This document shows, in pieces, positions 1 through 9,707 of a stretch of DNA of 64,000 nt; within the stretch, counting starts at the first letter, position 1, and every line of letters begins with the position of its first letter. The DNA is from Acidobacteriota bacterium (GTDB lineage Bacteria > Acidobacteriota > UBA890 > WLXD01): contig CAXWPH010000012.1 in NCBI GenBank assembly GCA_963666055.2, positions 160,001 through 224,000 on the forward strand. Reading direction: 5' to 3'. The notes under the pieces were generated by a model, which saw only the letters and a program-made list of their open reading frames with translations, had not been told where the DNA came from and did not search any database. A program made the translations under genes and the position numbers.

Positions 1-2
1 CC

Positions 3-509
3 GGCGAAGCGCTCATAGCCCGCCGAGTGCTTGGCGATTCCCTCGCGTACCTCGTACGTCAGGTTCAGCCCCCGGAACCCGGCGTATTTCTCCTCGAGCT
101 CCACCACCGTGCGCAGCGTGTGGCGGTTGTGCTCGAAGCCTCCCGTGTCACGCATCATCGCGTCCAGGACGCTCTCACCAACGTGTCCGAACGGCGGATG
201 ACCGAGGTCGTGTGCCAGAGCGATCGCCTCGCTGAGCGCCGTGTTGAGTCCCAAGACCCGTGCCACCGTTCGTGCCAGATGCGCTACTTCGATGGTATGC
301 GTCAAGCGAGTGCGGAAGTGGTCACCGTGATAATTGGGGAAGACTTGGGTCTTGTACTCGAGCCGCCGGAAAGCGCGCGAGTGAACGATGCGGTCGCGGT
401 CGCGCTCGAAAGGATCTCGGTATGGGTGCTCGGGTTCGGGAAAACAGCGCCCGCGCGATTCTTCTGATCGCACCGCGTACGGCTGCAGCTCACGGTGAAT
501 GCTCGACAT
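3..509 (-). CDS. dgt: deoxyguanosinetriphosphate triphosphohydrolase (dGTPase), 5' part; runs off window start
   Basis: Manual minus-strand translation from ATG 509: MSSIHREL...[24 protein letters not shown]...[11 protein letters not shown]...[18 protein letters not shown]...FEHN; HD-domain dGTPase motifs. Missing from ORF track because it is truncated. Confidence 0.93.
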   Translation of the reverse strand, partial: MSSIHRELQPYAVRSEESRGRCFPEPEHPYRDPFERDRDRIVHSRAFRRLEYKTQVFPNYHGDHFRTRLTHTIEVAHLARTVARVLGLNTALSEAIALAHDLGHPPFGHVGESVLDAMMRDTGGFEHNRHTLRTVVELEEKYAGFRGLNLTYEVREGIAKHSAGYERFA

Positions 510-702
510 TCGCCCGACCTCGTCTGTAGGGACGCGGAAAACGGTAGTGAGAGGCGCCGCTCCGAGCAAGCTGAATGAGCCGTGGCCGGTAGTTGAATCG
601 ATGGTGCGGGTTATCATCGCGGCGCCTTGAACCGGCGCACGCGCCGCCGCGATTCGATCCAACACACTTCGTCCGCCGGCGGCGAGCGAGGGAGGCCCAT
701 CG

Positions 703-2055
703 GTGTCCGAGCGAGCGACCGAAATTCTTGTCCTGATAAACAGTTACCTCTGGGGTCCTCCCATGCTGCTGCTGTTGGTCGGGACCGGGGTCTACTTGAC
801 GGTGGTGCTGGGCGGGATTCAGTTCCGCCTGCTCGGGCATGCGCTCTACCTCGCTCTGGTAAAGCGTCGCGAGGAAGGCGACGCGGACGGCGACATCTCT
901 CACTTCCAGGCGCTGATGATGGCCCTAGCGGCCACCGTCGGCACCGGCAACATCGCGGGAGTGGCGACGGCGATCGCCGCCGGCGGCCCCGGGGCGCTCT
1001 TCTGGATGTGGGTGACCGGACTGTTCGGCATGGCTACGAAGTACGCCGAGGCGCTGCTGGCGGTGAAGTACCGCACTACTGACGCGCGCGGCCAGATGAG
1101 CGGCGGCCCCATGTACTACCTCCGCGATGGCCTAGGGAGCCCCTTCCTGGGCAGTGCCTTCGCACTGCTTACCGCCCTGGCGGCGTTCGGCATCGGCAAC
1201 ATGGTGCAGAGCAACTCCGTCGCCACGGCGATGGAGAGCTATTTCGGCTGGCCTGTCTGGACCACCGGACTGCTGATCGCGCTGGCGACCGGGACCGTGA
1301 TACTCGGCGGCATTCGCGGCATCGCGCGCGTCACCCAGTTTCTAGTGCCGGGGATGATCCTGCTGTACGTCGGTGCAGCTCTCGTAGTCATCGTGACGCG
1401 CTTGGACCAAATCCCCTCGGTGCTGGCGCTGGTGGTTAGCCAGGCCTTCTCGCCAACCGCTGCGGCAGGTGGCTTCCTGGGCGCCACCGTTGCCCAGGCG
1501 ATGCGCTACGGTATCGGCCGCGGCGTATTCTCGAACGAGTCCGGGCTGGGCTCTGCCGGGATCGCGGCAGCGGCAGCGCAAACGCGGCACCCGGTTACCC
1601 AGGCGCTGGTATCGATGACGCAGACGTTCATCGACACGATTGTCGTGTGTTCGATGACCGGCTTCGTGATCATCTCGACGGGGGTTTGGAGCAGTGGTGT
1701 CGACGGTGCCCCCTTGTCGGTCGACGCTTTCAGCGCCGGCCTGCCCGGCGCCGCGGGCGGTGTGGTAGTTCCGCTGGCGCTGGTCTTCTTCGCCTACTCG
1801 ACGATCCTGGGCTGGTCGTACTACGGCGAGCGATCGATCGAGTACTTGTTCGGCTCTAGGCTTATCACGCCGTATCGGGTCCTGTTCACGGCGATGGTTT
1901 TCGTTGGAGCGATCGGACGCGTCGACTTCGTCTGGCAGCTCGCCGATGCGCTTAACGCCGCCATGGCGGTACCGAACCTGATCGGCTTGATCGGACTCGC
2001 CTCGGTGTGCCGGAAAGAGACGCGCGACTACCTTGCCGGTCTGGTGACTCGCTAA
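703..2055 (+). CDS. alanine/glycine:cation symporter (AGCS family)
   Basis: [44 protein letters not shown] motifs; multi-TM 450 aa. Confidence 0.95.
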   Translation: MSERATEILVLINSYLWGPPMLLLLVGTGVYLTVVLGGIQFRLLGHALYLALVKRREEGDADGDISHFQALMMALAATVGTGNIAGVATAIAAGGPGALFWMWVTGLFGMATKYAEALLAVKYRTTDARGQMSGGPMYYLRDGLGSPFLGSAFALLTALAAFGIGNMVQSNSVATAMESYFGWPVWTTGLLIALATGTVILGGIRGIARVTQFLVPGMILLYVGAALVVIVTRLDQIPSVLALVVSQAFSPTAAAGGFLGATVAQAMRYGIGRGVFSNESGLGSAGIAAAAAQTRHPVTQALVSMTQTFIDTIVVCSMTGFVIISTGVWSSGVDGAPLSVDAFSAGLPGAAGGVVVPLALVFFAYSTILGWSYYGERSIEYLFGSRLITPYRVLFTAMVFVGAIGRVDFVWQLADALNAAMAVPNLIGLIGLASVCRKETRDYLAGLVTR

Positions 2056-2279
2056 CGGGCCCTGGTGAAAATGTGGCGGGCCTGGTTAGGGCGCGTTGGG
2101 GTCAGATGCAAGGCGCCTGAACCGGCACGCAGCGGTTGCATCGAAGCCGGGACGCTGCGGCCAAGATTTGACCCGCTGCCATCGTGGCAGGTATCGTCAA
2201 GGAGTCCTCTGGCTGATCTCCGTTGGCGAATCCCCTTACCCCGCAAGGGGTGGGTCCCCCAGACAGAAGGGGTTCGACG

Positions 2280-4496
2280 ATGCGAAACCGCGGTCATTTC
2301 TCCTTGGCGGGAGCCCTGCTCTTTGCGCTCGCCCTCGCGGCGCCGGCGAACGCACAAGAAGGGAACGATCCAATCCCGGTGCGCGTGCGCTACTTCGAAG
2401 GCACCGTCACCGTGCAACGTGCGCACGCCGCCGAAACTTCCGCCGCCCTGGTCAACTTGCCACTGGACGCCGGTGACCGCCTGTGGACGAACGATCAGGG
2501 GCGCGTCGAGCTGACGTTTGGCGACGGCACTACTATCTGGCTCGACCACCTAACGACCGTCGACATCGTGGCACTACCTCGCGCTGACACAGGCGACACG
2601 ATCGTCCGTTTGTGGGGCGGCTCGCTGATCGCCGAGCGACCGGGCGCCTATGGTCGCCCGGAGCAGGTACTTCGAGTGGATACCGCCGACGCCGCCATCG
2701 TGTTGCGACCGCAGGGCTCTTATCGCGTCGATCTCGACGACGAGCATCGCACTTGGCTGTCGGTGTACGACGGCAGCGCAACCATGGACGCCGGCGGACT
2801 CACCGAGATCATCGCGGCCGGCGAAACGACCTACGTCGAGCCCGGAACGGCGCCCGCCGAAGTAGTCGATTTCAATACCGCAGAACACGACAACTTTTCC
2901 AGCTGGCAGGTCGAGCGCTGGGTGGCCATGGTGGACACTCAGAACCACGTTCGCGACCGCGATTACCTGCCTGCGGAAGCGCGTCCGTACGCCGCCGACC
3001 TGGAGCGCAACGGCGACTGGGTCTACTACGACGACTTCTCATCCTACGCCTGGCAACCTTCTGTCGCTGCCGGCTGGGCGCCGTACCGTAATGGGCGCTG
3101 GGTCTACTCCTATGCCGGTTGGACCTGGGTGCCGTACGCGTCCTGGGGCTGGGCGACGTCGCACTATGGGCGCTGGCACCACACCCCAGCCTATGGCTGG
3201 ATGTGGTTCCCTGGAGCCGTGTATTCGCCGGGCTGGGTGAGTTGGTACGCCGGCAGCGGCTACTTGGGTTGGAGCCCGCTCGGCTACTACAACCGGCCGT
3301 TTCTGTCGGTGAATCTTTTCTTCGGCGGCCACTACGGCTACGGAAGCGGATATCACGGCGGCCGCAACTACGACTACGCAGTGCGCCGCGGCGGCAAGGC
3401 AGTGGCTGGTTTGGGGTACGCTCGCAACCTTGACGCCGACCATGGCTGGACTTTCGTAAACGCCGATCATTTCGGAACTGGCAAGACAGAGCTTCGCGCC
3501 ATCGGGCGAAACGCGGTTCCTCGTCAGGCGACGGGCAGCGCGGTGAGCTTCGAGGGCAACCTCCGGCCCCGCAAGCCGAGCCTCCTGGCCAACGTTGCAA
3601 GCTCGCGCGGCAACGGAGTCGGCGCCACACTACCGAGCCGCGGAGCTCCCGGGGGCAGTCGCTCGGCGGTACCCCGCGGTTCGCTGTCCAGGCCGGACGT
3701 GGCCTCCGGGGCGAGGTCGGCCACCCGCCGCAGCTCCCCACGGGACGTCGTCCAGACGCGGCCGCGGACGGCTCGCGGCGACAACATTCGGCCGTCTTCG
3801 CCGCGCAGCGGAAGAGGATCGAGTGCCGGCGGACGAGCTACTGCTCGGCCGCGCGGCGGATCCTCGTCACGGGGCTCCTCGAAACCACGAGCCGGCGCGG
3901 CCAGGCCGCGCTCCGGGACTTCGAGTGACTCGTTCTCGGCGGCGCTGGCGCGTCGGCCGGATCTGCCAACGCGAGCTAACCTGACCGGTGCTTCAACAAC
4001 AGGCAACGACGCGCGGCGCGCCGTATCGCGCACGCCGATCAGCCGCTACACGCCGCGCACCAGCCAGTACCAACCTCAGACTCGCACCTACCAGCCCAAT
4101 ACGAGTCGCTATCAGCCACGCAGCGGAATCTACCGACCCACCGAGGCGTCTACCAGGACACCGCAGCCGCGCTACCAATCCGCCTCGCCACGCTACGCTC
4201 CCTTGCGGACGCAACAGTCGGCGAGGTCACGGTACATGCCGTCGATCCAGCTGCGAAACGCGTTCGGCTCTCGGTCGAGCGGGTCGAGCGGGTCGAGCCG
4301 ACGATCGTTCTCGGCACCACGATCCTTCTCGGCACCACGATCCTTCTCGGCGCCACGATCCTTCTCGGCGCCTCGAGGGCCATCCATTAGCAGCCGCAGC
4401 GGTGGACTATCCGGGCGGTCGTTCTCTGCCCCGTCGCGCGGCGCATCCGGCAGATCCTCGGGTCGCAGTGCGACTCGCCGCTCCGGGAGAAGGTAG
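2280..4496 (+). CDS. exported FecR-domain / DUF6600 protein with long R/S/G-rich disordered tail
   Basis: Signal peptide (ALAAPANA-Q), FecR-like beta domain (GDRLWT..GRVEL), WAPYRNGRWVY..GWTWV..WGWATSHYGRW region, low-complexity C-terminus. Confidence 0.8.
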   Translation: MRNRGHFSLAGALLFALALAAPANAQEGNDPIPVRVRYFEGTVTVQRAHAAETSAALVNLPLDAGDRLWTNDQGRVELTFGDGTTIWLDHLTTVDIVALPRADTGDTIVRLWGGSLIAERPGAYGRPEQVLRVDTADAAIVLRPQGSYRVDLDDEHRTWLSVYDGSATMDAGGLTEIIAAGETTYVEPGTAPAEVVDFNTAEHDNFSSWQVERWVAMVDTQNHVRDRDYLPAEARPYAADLERNGDWVYYDDFSSYAWQPSVAAGWAPYRNGRWVYSYAGWTWVPYASWGWATSHYGRWHHTPAYGWMWFPGAVYSPGWVSWYAGSGYLGWSPLGYYNRPFLSVNLFFGGHYGYGSGYHGGRNYDYAVRRGGKAVAGLGYARNLDADHGWTFVNADHFGTGKTELRAIGRNAVPRQATGSAVSFEGNLRPRKPSLLANVASSRGNGVGATLPSRGAPGGSRSAVPRGSLSRPDVASGARSATRRSSPRDVVQTRPRTARGDNIRPSSPRSGRGSSAGGRATARPRGGSSSRGSSKPRAGAARPRSGTSSDSFSAALARRPDLPTRANLTGASTTGNDARRAVSRTPISRYTPRTSQYQPQTRTYQPNTSRYQPRSGIYRPTEASTRTPQPRYQSASPRYAPLRTQQSARSRYMPSIQLRNAFGSRSSGSSGSSRRSFSAPRSFSAPRSFSAPRSFSAPRGPSISSRSGGLSGRSFSAPSRGASGRSSGRSATRRSGRR
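4302..4373 (+). repeat. 18-bp tandem repeat x4 encoding RSFSAP
   Basis: cgatc(g/c)ttctcggc(a/g)cc(a/t) x4 inside the CDS; preceded by 9-bp ggtcgagcg units at ~4273-4298. Confidence 0.95.
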
Positions 4497-4503
4497 CAGC
4501 TGG

Positions 4504-4878
4504 CTAGTTCAGCGCCGGCCATCCGGCGTCGGCCGCATCGATGGAGATCCGGTCCTTGAACGACTCCCAGGTAAAATGCCGGTGCAATATCTCGGTCTCA
4601 TCGGGCGCCCAGCACCACAAAACATTAGGATCGGGGCTGCGGAAATCGACCGTGAAGATACCCTTTGGCTGGGCACCAATCTCGAGAATCACGCGCGCCC
4701 ACTCATCGAGCACCAGCCGAGTCTCGGCGTCGACTTCCTCGGCTGCCGACGGGTCAGATTCCTGCTCCTGGCGCAGCTCGCGCATGCGTCGACGCGTACT
4801 CGCGGTCACCTGGTTGACCAGGCGTAGCGCCCGATTCGCCTCGTCCAGAGAGAATATTCGGAAACGATGGTGCGACAC
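4504..4878 (-). CDS. DUF2203 family protein
   Basis: RIFSLDEAN...VDF...LWCW..E.EI.H.H...F..R pattern; GTG 4878 with purine-rich RBS. Confidence 0.8.
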   Translation of the reverse strand: MSHHRFRIFSLDEANRALRLVNQVTASTRRRMRELRQEQESDPSAAEEVDAETRLVLDEWARVILEIGAQPKGIFTVDFRSPDPNVLWCWAPDETEILHRHFTWESFKDRISIDAADAGWPALN

Positions 4879-4948
4879 GGCTTCCCTACCCCCTTTTGCA
4901 CGAACGGTAGCACGGTAACGACTTGTCAAGGAAACTGGGCATCCCATC

Positions 4949-4977
4949 TTGCCTCATGATGGGGTCCCGGCTATGAT
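4949..4977 (+). promoter_or_regulatory. sigma70-type promoter
   Basis: TTGCCT-17 bp-TATGAT. Confidence 0.6.
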
Positions 4978-4983
4978 TCCGTA

Positions 4984-5179
4984 CTGCCCCAGCCGCTGAG
5001 GGCGGGATGGTCAGCCCCCCCACACCCCCGACCCCCGCCCTTTGAAGGGATTCCGGGTACCACCACAGCCCACCCCACCGGAATCCCTCTGCTCAGAAAC
5101 CGGTGCGGCGGCCAAACTGGCCGCCGCACCGGATTGAAATTCAGAGAAAGCCGGGCTCGTCCCGGCTTTCTCTACATTT
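4984..5179 (+). ncRNA. candidate structured sRNA or trpS leader with two C-rich loops
   Basis: Four consecutive hairpins downstream of the promoter, last one terminator-like; no credible ORF. Confidence 0.55.
5143..5179 (+). terminator. intrinsic terminator-like hairpin
   Basis: AGAGAAAGCCGGG-ctcgt-CCCGGCTTTCTCT then acattt. Confidence 0.6.
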
Positions 5180-5215
5180 GGGTGCCTACTCGGACGACCC
5201 CGGCAGGAGCAACGT

Positions 5216-6214
5216 GTGGACGTGGCGGTATCGCGCATATTCTCCGGAATTCAACCCACCGGCGATCTCCATCTGGGGAACTACTTCGGCGCGGTGCGCA
5301 ACTGGGTCAGATTGCAAGACGAGTACGAACAAACCATTTATTGCGTAGTCGACTATCACGCCATCACCCACGAGATCGACACCGACGGCCTTCCCGCACA
5401 TTCGCTACGGCTTGCCGGTGACCTGATTGCGTGCGGCATCGACCCCGAGCGCTCGATCCTCTTCGTACAGTCGCACGTGCCCGAGCACACCGAGCTCGCG
5501 TGGGTTTTCAGCGCGTTCACTGCGCACGGCGACCTCAGCCGCATGACGCAGTTCAAGGACAAGTCCGAACGTAGCGGCTACGTCAACGCGGGGCTGTTTA
5601 CCTACCCGGTGTTGCAGGCCGCGGATATTCTCCTGTACCGGTCCGATGGCGTTCCGGTCGGCGAGGATCAGTCCCAGCACCTCGAGCTGACGCGAGGCAT
5701 TGCGCACCGGTTCAATCAAACAGTGGGCACCGAGTTCTTTCCCGACGTCCAGACCATTCTCACTGCCGGCAGCCGCATCATGTCGCTGGCTGATCCGACC
5801 CAGAAGATGAGCAAGAGCCTGGGCGACAAGCACTACATTGGGATCATGGAGCCAGCGGATTCGGCGATCAAGAAAATCCGTTCCGCAGTAACCGACAGCG
5901 GCGGCGCGGCGGGCGACGAGCTAAGTGCCGGTGTCACCAACCTCCTCGGCATCTTGCGACTGTTGGACGCCGACCAGCTCGCCGATCAGATGAGCGCCGC
6001 GGCACGGCAAGGTGAGCTCATGTACGGCGATCTGAAAGCTGCCGTCGTCGAGCATCTAATCGCCGCTCTAGAGCCCATACGCGCGCGGCGAGCAGAGCTC
6101 GCCGATGCCGACATCGCGGCAACGCTACGCGCCGGCGCCGAGCGAGCCGCCGAGATAGCCGCCCAGACGATGAGCAGCGTGCGCCGACTCATCGGAGTCG
6201 GCGCGACCTACTGA
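5216..6214 (+). CDS. trpS: tryptophan--tRNA ligase
   Basis: SGIQPTGDLHLGNY (HIGH-like), YPVLQAADIL, VPVGEDQ, KMSKS. Confidence 0.98.
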   Translation: MDVAVSRIFSGIQPTGDLHLGNYFGAVRNWVRLQDEYEQTIYCVVDYHAITHEIDTDGLPAHSLRLAGDLIACGIDPERSILFVQSHVPEHTELAWVFSAFTAHGDLSRMTQFKDKSERSGYVNAGLFTYPVLQAADILLYRSDGVPVGEDQSQHLELTRGIAHRFNQTVGTEFFPDVQTILTAGSRIMSLADPTQKMSKSLGDKHYIGIMEPADSAIKKIRSAVTDSGGAAGDELSAGVTNLLGILRLLDADQLADQMSAAARQGELMYGDLKAAVVEHLIAALEPIRARRAELADADIAATLRAGAERAAEIAAQTMSSVRRLIGVGATY

Positions 6215-6285
6215 AATCACCTGGACGCAAGCAAACCGCCGCGGACGCGGGAAAGCAGGCGCAACCTGTGACCCTTCCTGTCCTG

Positions 6286-6374
6286 TAGTAGTCATTATTA
6301 ATCACTATAAGTACTTATAACGTTCTATCCGATATTAAAAATGTGTTGCACTCTGCATATCAGTTCGATACATT
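6286..6374 (+). promoter_or_regulatory. AT-rich promoter with palindromic operator-like site
   Basis: TTGCAC(6346)-17 bp-TACATT(6369); perfect 14-bp palindrome TATAAGTACTTATA at 6306-6319 in an AT-rich tract. Confidence 0.6.
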
Positions 6375-6380
6375 CCTGAA

Positions 6381-6508
6381 CATACTGAGTCACAGCGAGC
6401 GGGATTGGGTCTCCCCCTTGCATAGACCAGGAAATGCTCTGAGGAGCGCGTCGCCTGTGTTACGACCGGGGAGGTGGGACAGTCGGCGACGCGTTCTTCA
6501 TTTTTTTT
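6381..6508 (+). ncRNA. candidate sRNA (~130 nt)
   Basis: Between promoter and terminator stem GAGGAGCGCGTCGCC/GGCGACGCGTTCTTC + T8; no downstream plus-strand gene (next gene is convergent). Confidence 0.55.
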
Positions 6509-9248
6509 CGGGCGGATAGAGCACTGCTCCCTGGCGCACCAGATCAATCACCCGAGCACGCAACGCTCGCATGAAGAGCTCCTGCGACTCGCGGTCGGCG
6601 GCGCGCGGCAATCGCATCGCTTCTCCGAACACTACGGCGACAGCGTGCGCCCGGAAGCGCCCATCACGTGGCCACATCTCGTAGCTCCCCCAAAGTCCCA
6701 CCGGCACGACGGGTACCTCTAGATGCCGGGCCAGGATGCCGGCTCCACGACGAAACTGTTTCACCCTGCCGTCGCTAGAACGGCCGCCCTCCGGGAAGAT
6801 CCCCAACACCATGCCACGCCGGAGCCCCGCCGCCGCCGCCTGCATAGCTCGCTCTAGATGGCGACTCTGATCGATCGGAACGGTGCGCAGCAGCCTCGCG
6901 ACGCTACCCAGAACCAGGCCACGAAAATACGCGCTGTGGCCGACGAAGAAGATCCGTCGGTAGACGCGGCGCGGCAATGCCGCGACCAGCAGGAACGGAT
7001 CCACGAAGCTCAGGTGGTTCGGAGCCAGGATGAACGGAAAATCCTCAGGCAGGTGGTCGAGCCCGCGAACCTCGAAGCCCCACCATGACAGGCACCAGCG
7101 AGCCATCCGGAACATACGGAACAGCACCGCTTCCCAGAATGCTCGCGTGCGCAGGTAGGGCTCGACTTTCGGCGACGTGCCCGCCAGTACGCCTGCCCAG
7201 CGATCGCTGGCCGCACCGTCGACGGGGGCCGATCCGTCGATGTACGTACTGATCAAGTCGATCAGCTCACCCACCGTCTGCACCCCCGCCGCAGCTTGCT
7301 GCGGTAGATCCAAACCGAGCGCATCGGCAAGCTCGGCGTGAATCTCTATTCGGTCGAGCGACTCGAGACCGAGATCGAGATCGAGGTGTTGCGTGCGCGC
7401 CACCCTGTCTACCCGCGCATGGCGCGCCACGATGCCGCGCACCGAGCGAGCCCACGGAGGCTCATCCACCGCCACCTCGGGAACTGGCTCCTCACGCTGC
7501 GATCTGACGTCGCCGCGTGCCAGGATCTCTCGCTTCAGCTCAAAGCGCTTGAGCTTGCGCGTCGTGGTGCGCGGCAACGGATCGCTACGAACCTCCAGGC
7601 TCGTGACACGTTGCGGTGCCGGCAGCTGGAGGCCAGCTCCATCTATCTCCCAGATGACCATCTCGCGGATGTTCACGTGTCCGTGTCGCCGAGCGTGGTC
7701 GAGGTTCGGCACGACCACCGCGTGCAGGCGCTCGGCACCGCGGCGGGCAGGATCTTCCATGCCCAGAATACAGATCTCGTCGATAAACTCAGACTGGCCG
7801 TAGAAATCCTCCAGCTCCTCCGGGTAGATGTTCTTACCGGAGGCGAGCACTACCACGTCCTTGGCGCGTCCGGTGACCTGGAGATGACCGTTCGGCAGCA
7901 GGCGGCCTAGGTCTCCGGTCTTCAGCCAATCTCCATCGAAGGCCTCGGCGGTGGCCTCGGGATTGCGGTAGTAGCCGATCATCCTGCTAGGCGAGCGCGC
8001 CATGATCTCTCCCACCCCGGCTTCGTCAGGCGAACGGATTCGCAGCTCAACCCCGTTGATCGCTCTACCCACGGTGTCAGGCCGTAGCTCGTTCGGCGGG
8101 AGAACGGTCAATAGTGCCGTTGCCTCAGTAAGCCCGTAGCCTTGGAGAAGCGGAAAACCGAGGTCGAGAAAGTCCTGGAAGACCCGGGCATTGAACTTCG
8201 CACCTCCGGTCAACAAGATTCGCAGCCGCGACCCGAACGGCGCGTGCGCGGCAGGGAACAACCGACGCCCGATCGACACTCCCAAGGCTTTGCGGGCGAA
8301 ACGGCTCAGCCGGAGGAGCGCGTGCGCTAACCGGCGACGCAGTGGCGGCAGCGCTTGGATGCGACCCATGACCCGATCGTGAAAGCGGTAGAAGAACAGC
8401 GGTACGCAGGCGAAGGCGGTGATCCCGAAGCGCGGAAATGCGGCGATGATGCGGTCCGGATGCAGGTCGGTGAGAAACGTCGCCTGCGCGCCGATGAAGA
8501 CCGGAGCCAGACAGCTGGCCATCAAGGGCAGGGCGTGAAACAAGGGCAGCACCCCGAGTACATGATCGTCCTCGGTCAGGCCAATGCTCCGCAGGGCCGC
8601 TTCGATGTTGGTCGCCAGCGCGACTCGCGACAACGCGACGCCCTTGGGTAGCCCGGTGGTGCCGGACGTGTACATGATGGTCGCCGGCACGCCGGTCGCC
8701 TGTCGGGGAGCCCAATCGAAAGACCCGCGATGCTCGGCGACGAATTCGTCCCAGGCGGCCCCACAGTCTTCGCCGCCGGCAGCCGACATCCCATCCTCCT
8801 CGGCCTCACCGTCCCAGCGTCGATCGCCGCAGGCATCGACGTCGAGACACACTGGAGGCTCGTCGAGCCCGGCACAAGCTTCCACGAACTTGGGTCCCAA
8901 TCTGTGAGAAGTCAGCACGAGTCGCGTGCCTGAATGCTCGAGCACGCGCCGAATCGCCTGCGGCTCCAGTGCCGGATCGATCGGTACTACCGTCGCGTTG
9001 GCGTACCAGGTGGACAGATAGCCCACCGGCCATGCAGGCCGATTCTCCATGCAGAGGGCGATACGCTCGCCATCGTATAGCCGCGCCGCAACCAGCGCGG
9101 AACCGAGTCTTTGCACGTGCTCCGCGAGGGCCCCGTAGGTAAGCAGCACCGTGCCATGCTCGCCGGCGAGCCGGAACGCAGGCCGCGCCGAGTGGGCCGT
9201 AGCGTGCCTATGGAGCGACTCGATAAAATCACCGGACGCTTCACTCAT
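6498..9248 (-). CDS. AMP-binding acyl-CoA/ACP synthetase + ACP + lysophospholipid acyltransferase fusion (Aas-like)
   Basis: YTSGTTGLPKG, QGYGLTE, TGDLG; DLGLESL carrier Ser; NHLSFVD and FPEG acyltransferase motifs. Confidence 0.92.
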   Translation of the reverse strand: MSEASGDFIESLHRHATAHSARPAFRLAGEHGTVLLTYGALAEHVQRLGSALVAARLYDGERIALCMENRPAWPVGYLSTWYANATVVPIDPALEPQAIRRVLEHSGTRLVLTSHRLGPKFVEACAGLDEPPVCLDVDACGDRRWDGEAEEDGMSAAGGEDCGAAWDEFVAEHRGSFDWAPRQATGVPATIMYTSGTTGLPKGVALSRVALATNIEAALRSIGLTEDDHVLGVLPLFHALPLMASCLAPVFIGAQATFLTDLHPDRIIAAFPRFGITAFACVPLFFYRFHDRVMGRIQALPPLRRRLAHALLRLSRFARKALGVSIGRRLFPAAHAPFGSRLRILLTGGAKFNARVFQDFLDLGFPLLQGYGLTEATALLTVLPPNELRPDTVGRAINGVELRIRSPDEAGVGEIMARSPSRMIGYYRNPEATAEAFDGDWLKTGDLGRLLPNGHLQVTGRAKDVVVLASGKNIYPEELEDFYGQSEFIDEICILGMEDPARRGAERLHAVVVPNLDHARRHGHVNIREMVIWEIDGAGLQLPAPQRVTSLEVRSDPLPRTTTRKLKRFELKREILARGDVRSQREEPVPEVAVDEPPWARSVRGIVARHARVDRVARTQHLDLDLGLESLDRIEIHAELADALGLDLPQQAAAGVQTVGELIDLISTYIDGSAPVDGAASDRWAGVLAGTSPKVEPYLRTRAFWEAVLFRMFRMARWCLSWWGFEVRGLDHLPEDFPFILAPNHLSFVDPFLLVAALPRRVYRRIFFVGHSAYFRGLVLGSVARLLRTVPIDQSRHLERAMQAAAAGLRRGMVLGIFPEGGRSSDGRVKQFRRGAGILARHLEVPVVPVGLWGSYEMWPRDGRFRAHAVAVVFGEAMRLPRAADRESQELFMRALRARVIDLVRQGAVLYPPEKK

Positions 9249-9287
9249 CGTCGCGCAGTATAGACGGCACCCAGCGGACGCGAACCG

Positions 9288-9662
9288 ATGCCCAGAAAGA
9301 TCTCATTGGCGAGATTCGAGACCATTGTCGAGGAGGCTCTGGCGAGCCTGCCACCCGAGTGGGCCAACCGTCTGGACAACGTCGCGATCGTGATCGAGGA
9401 CGAGCCTAATGCGGAAGAGCTTGCCGGGGTCGGGATCCATCCAGACGACGATGACCAAGACTTGTTGGGTCTGTACGAGGGCACGCCTCAGAGCGTGCGC
9501 GAGAGCGGCGGCTGGGGCCTTCCCGACCGTATCGTGATCTTTCGTGGCCCGACGTTACGGGAGGCGCGTCACCGCGGCGAGATCGCAGAGATCGTGCGCC
9601 AGACGCTGCTGCACGAGATCGGTCACCACTTTGGCCTCGACGAGGGTGACCTGCCATTCTGA
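9288..9662 (+). CDS. zincin-like metallopeptidase (Zincin_1 family)
   Basis: LLGLYEG, PDRIVIFRGP, HEIGHHFG. Confidence 0.9.
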   Translation: MPRKISLARFETIVEEALASLPPEWANRLDNVAIVIEDEPNAEELAGVGIHPDDDDQDLLGLYEGTPQSVRESGGWGLPDRIVIFRGPTLREARHRGEIAEIVRQTLLHEIGHHFGLDEGDLPF

Positions 9663-9707
9663 ATCCGCCGCCCCCCTCGAGTGCCAACAAACGTTGCGCA
9701 CGGGACG

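Noticed and set aside
27-467. 146-aa plus-strand ORF
   Set aside because: Antisense shadow of the dGTPase gene; the same applies to most long overlapping ORFs in this GC-rich track.
4302-4373. Tandem repeats as a CRISPR array
   Set aside because: No spacers, in-frame coding repeat, no cas genes; no CRISPR array seen anywhere in the window.
5007-5045. Short ORF MVSPPTPPTPAL as trpS leader peptide
   Set aside because: No Trp codons; Pro content simply reflects the C-rich loop.
5055-5064. T-box-like GGTGGTACC motif upstream of trpS
   Set aside because: It is on the minus strand, opposite to trpS, and no specifier stem was recognised.
6286-6345. AT-rich tract as oriC or dif
   Set aside because: No DnaA boxes and no XerC/XerD consensus seen.
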